A stretch of DNA of 64,000 bases from Candidatus Omnitrophota bacterium (lineage in GTDB: Bacteria; Omnitrophota; Gorgyraeia; VGKH01; JBHPFN01). Both the position numbers and the translations under genes were made by a program. This document shows, piece by piece, positions 60,001-63,000 of the stretch. The notes beneath the pieces are model-generated. The model did no database searches. It saw nothing but the letters and a program-made list of their open reading frames with translations, and was not told the origin of the DNA. The DNA is taken from NCBI GenBank assembly GCA_042571725.1, contig JBHPFN010000005.1, forward strand, positions 1,196 through 65,195, written 5' to 3'. Each line of letters starts with the position of its first letter. Positions within the stretch are counted from its first letter, which is position 1.

Positions 60001-63000
60001 TCAATCAATGCGAGGATCATTCGAAGAAGTCAGTAATAAAATGGTAGAATCAGGCCGCTGGTACGACGAAAGACTCTATGAGTTAGATTTTCTATTTCAG
60101 TTAGTTACCGCTTCCTATGGGCTTGAAAGGATAGAGAAGAAGCGCGGACCGACGATTTGCTGTGCGGTTATTGTTCAATTACGACGCGAGTTTTTAGGGA
60201 GTGATTTCAGAACTTTATTCCTTAATGAATTACGCGGAAAGTCTCTTCCCGAAAGGATTGATACGCTCGCTGTCTATATTACTTCAGGAACATTCGATGA
60301 GTCAGATCTTGAAGAAGCGGTGCGTAGGGCTATCCCTGATGGCTCTGAAGAAGATAGGCGAGAAGGAATATATAGAGCTGCCTCGATATATGTCACACTC
60401 TTTTCACGTTACGTTGGTGAGGCAGAGCTTAATGGAGAACCGCCACCCGAGGAAAATCATGACCAGGCCAGCCACTTTACCTTGTTTGGGTTGGGGATGT
60501 TTGAAATAACAGAGATAGCCGTGGTGGTAGGGGCGATAGTAGGATTCTTATTTATGCGAGGCCGAAGAAGCCTGGATGATCCTAGGACCGATTGGTTAAT
60601 ACAGCACTATTCCACAAAAGCAAAAAGTTTATTGAAAGAGGTCACCGATACCCTCATGGCATTAGATCAAAAATGGGAAGTTGAAAAGCTCGAAGAATTA
60701 GAGGCATTGTTTACATATCTGTACTTAACCTACTTTCTTCAAGATGTGGAAGAAGAACACGGCCAGGAGATTAGCGCGGGTGTTATCGAATGCCTTACAG
60801 ACAGCTATAGTCGCGGCTGGGGGCTCGCAGGCGGTTTTGGTGATCTCTTCGAAGAAATAAGAGGAAAGTCACTTGATGAAAGGGTTGCAAAGCTTACTGA
60901 ACATATCCTTACGGCACGATATCCAGTAGGACTACAGAATGTTTTAAGAATAGTTATAGCGCGGCAAGGGGGACTTCAAAGGGTAACGAGGTTATTCAGA
61001 GAATGTTTTCCTCATATCAGAGTCGATGCTTCCACTCCTGAAGATGAGTCTGTTTCTCCTGGTTCGGGAGAGGTCAGCCACTTTACCTCGTTAGGGCTTG
61101 GTGGGTTTGAGATATCAGCAGCCTTCCGCCAAAAAGCAGCCAGGATTTCTCTGGCGTTTATAGGGATTATTATTCTGACAAGCTTCTTCGTCACTGGTAA
61201 GAATCCGAAAGAATTTGAGCACGTTCGAGAGAAGAACAGGATTGTCTTTACGATTACCGAACCTGGCCTGTCTCGCGATGGCATGATGTTTATTACACAA
61301 GAGGTTGAAAACGATATTGCTGATAACAGCCACATCCCAGTAAAAGCTATTAACTCAACTACCCACGCAGGCCGGGCAATAGTTGTTGCCAAGGTCAGAG
61401 ATGATGAGACAAGGGCAACCATTGCGCAATTTATTAATGAGCGCCGCGCTTTTATTGATGATGAGTTGGATTTATCCGATCAGGCGAGAAGAACCATTAC
61501 GCAAGAGACTTTTAGGATGCCTATCGCAACCATTCTTTTAACCGGCTTTGAAGATTATTCAGACCTGCAGCATGCAGGAGAGGCTCTTAGAAAAGAGCTC
61601 AAGGCCTCCCCGAGTACAAAAGACGTAAAAACAACGAGCCTTACACGTCCAGAGATTGAAGTGGGGGTTAGACCTACCTATGTGCGCCTGTTTGGTAACG
61701 TGGTTGAGACGGCAAGGTCAGCAAAGGGTATAAGTTTCTCGACCATTTTAGAAAGAAAATCTGACGAGATACCTCTTGCAACTAAAGATAGACGTTTCAA
61801 TCTTGATGCCCTAAGAGGCCTGCCTATCGGCACCGGTACATTAGAAGATATGGCTGATGTCGAAGAGGTATTTGATAACAGGGCGACCACGGTAGATATC
61901 GACGGACAGCGCGCGGTTAAATTGATTATCGAGAAAGCCGATGGATATGATCTAGAAGAGTCAATGCAAGAGATAAAAGCACTCATTGCACAATTTGAGC
62001 AAAAGAATCCTGAGGCAGAGATTATATTCACTCAGGATAGCTCACAAGCACCGCTTAAGATGCTTAAGGAGTTCTTGCGTGCCTTCTTTGTGGGCGCAAT
62101 AGTAATTCTGGTGCTTCTCTATTTCGTCTTCAGAAATAAAAGAGATACCTCACTTGTAGAGTTGGGCGTAGTGGCACCGATTGCGGTAACCTTAATTGCA
62201 CTGTACTATTTAGGCATTCCTATTAGTGTAATCAGTCTTACCGGCCTCATTTTAGTGTTGGGTATGGTAGTTGATGACAGCCTGGTGATCGCCGAAAGCC
62301 GCCGACGGTTCTTAGAGCAAAGGTTTTCGCCTTTTAAGGCCACGGTAATGGCTGTAAAAGAAATGGGCATACCGGTTACGTTCTCGAGTCTGACCACGGT
62401 TGTATTTATGGCACCGCTTCTGCTTGAAACCAGCTATATGCAAAGCAACTTCCAGACTCTTGCAACGGTGGTAAGCGTAACACTTTTAAGTTCTCTGGTA
62501 TTCGCGCTTACGCTTATACCAATGATTTATGCCAGCGCGCCTGAAGGCAAGGGTAAGTCCTCTCCGAAGCCATCCGTTGCTATGGAAAGGCTAGGCACGG
62601 GCTACGCAAGACTGATTACACGACTTTCTCGATTCAGATGGTTAATCGTTCCGGTGGGCATTGTTGGTTGTTTCGCGCTAATCATCGCCGGTTTTGTAAA
62701 ACAACCGTTTCAATTCATTCATCAAGAGGAGATTAGCTACTTTAAGATTAATCTTACCGCGCACGATACGAATATCAACGATGAAGAGATGGCCAGATTC
62801 GCACTGGCTGCAAAGGAATATGTTCCACAGGAACACGTGAATGTTATCTTTACAGAGATAGGAGATGAAAATAATGCATCGAATACCGCCACTGTCTTCG
62901 TTAAAATCGAGGACGGCTTTCGCCGCAACGGCAGAGAGATCAAACAAGAAACACAAGCTGCTATTGCTCAGGCGCAAAGAAGCAGCCTTAGGTTACATGA

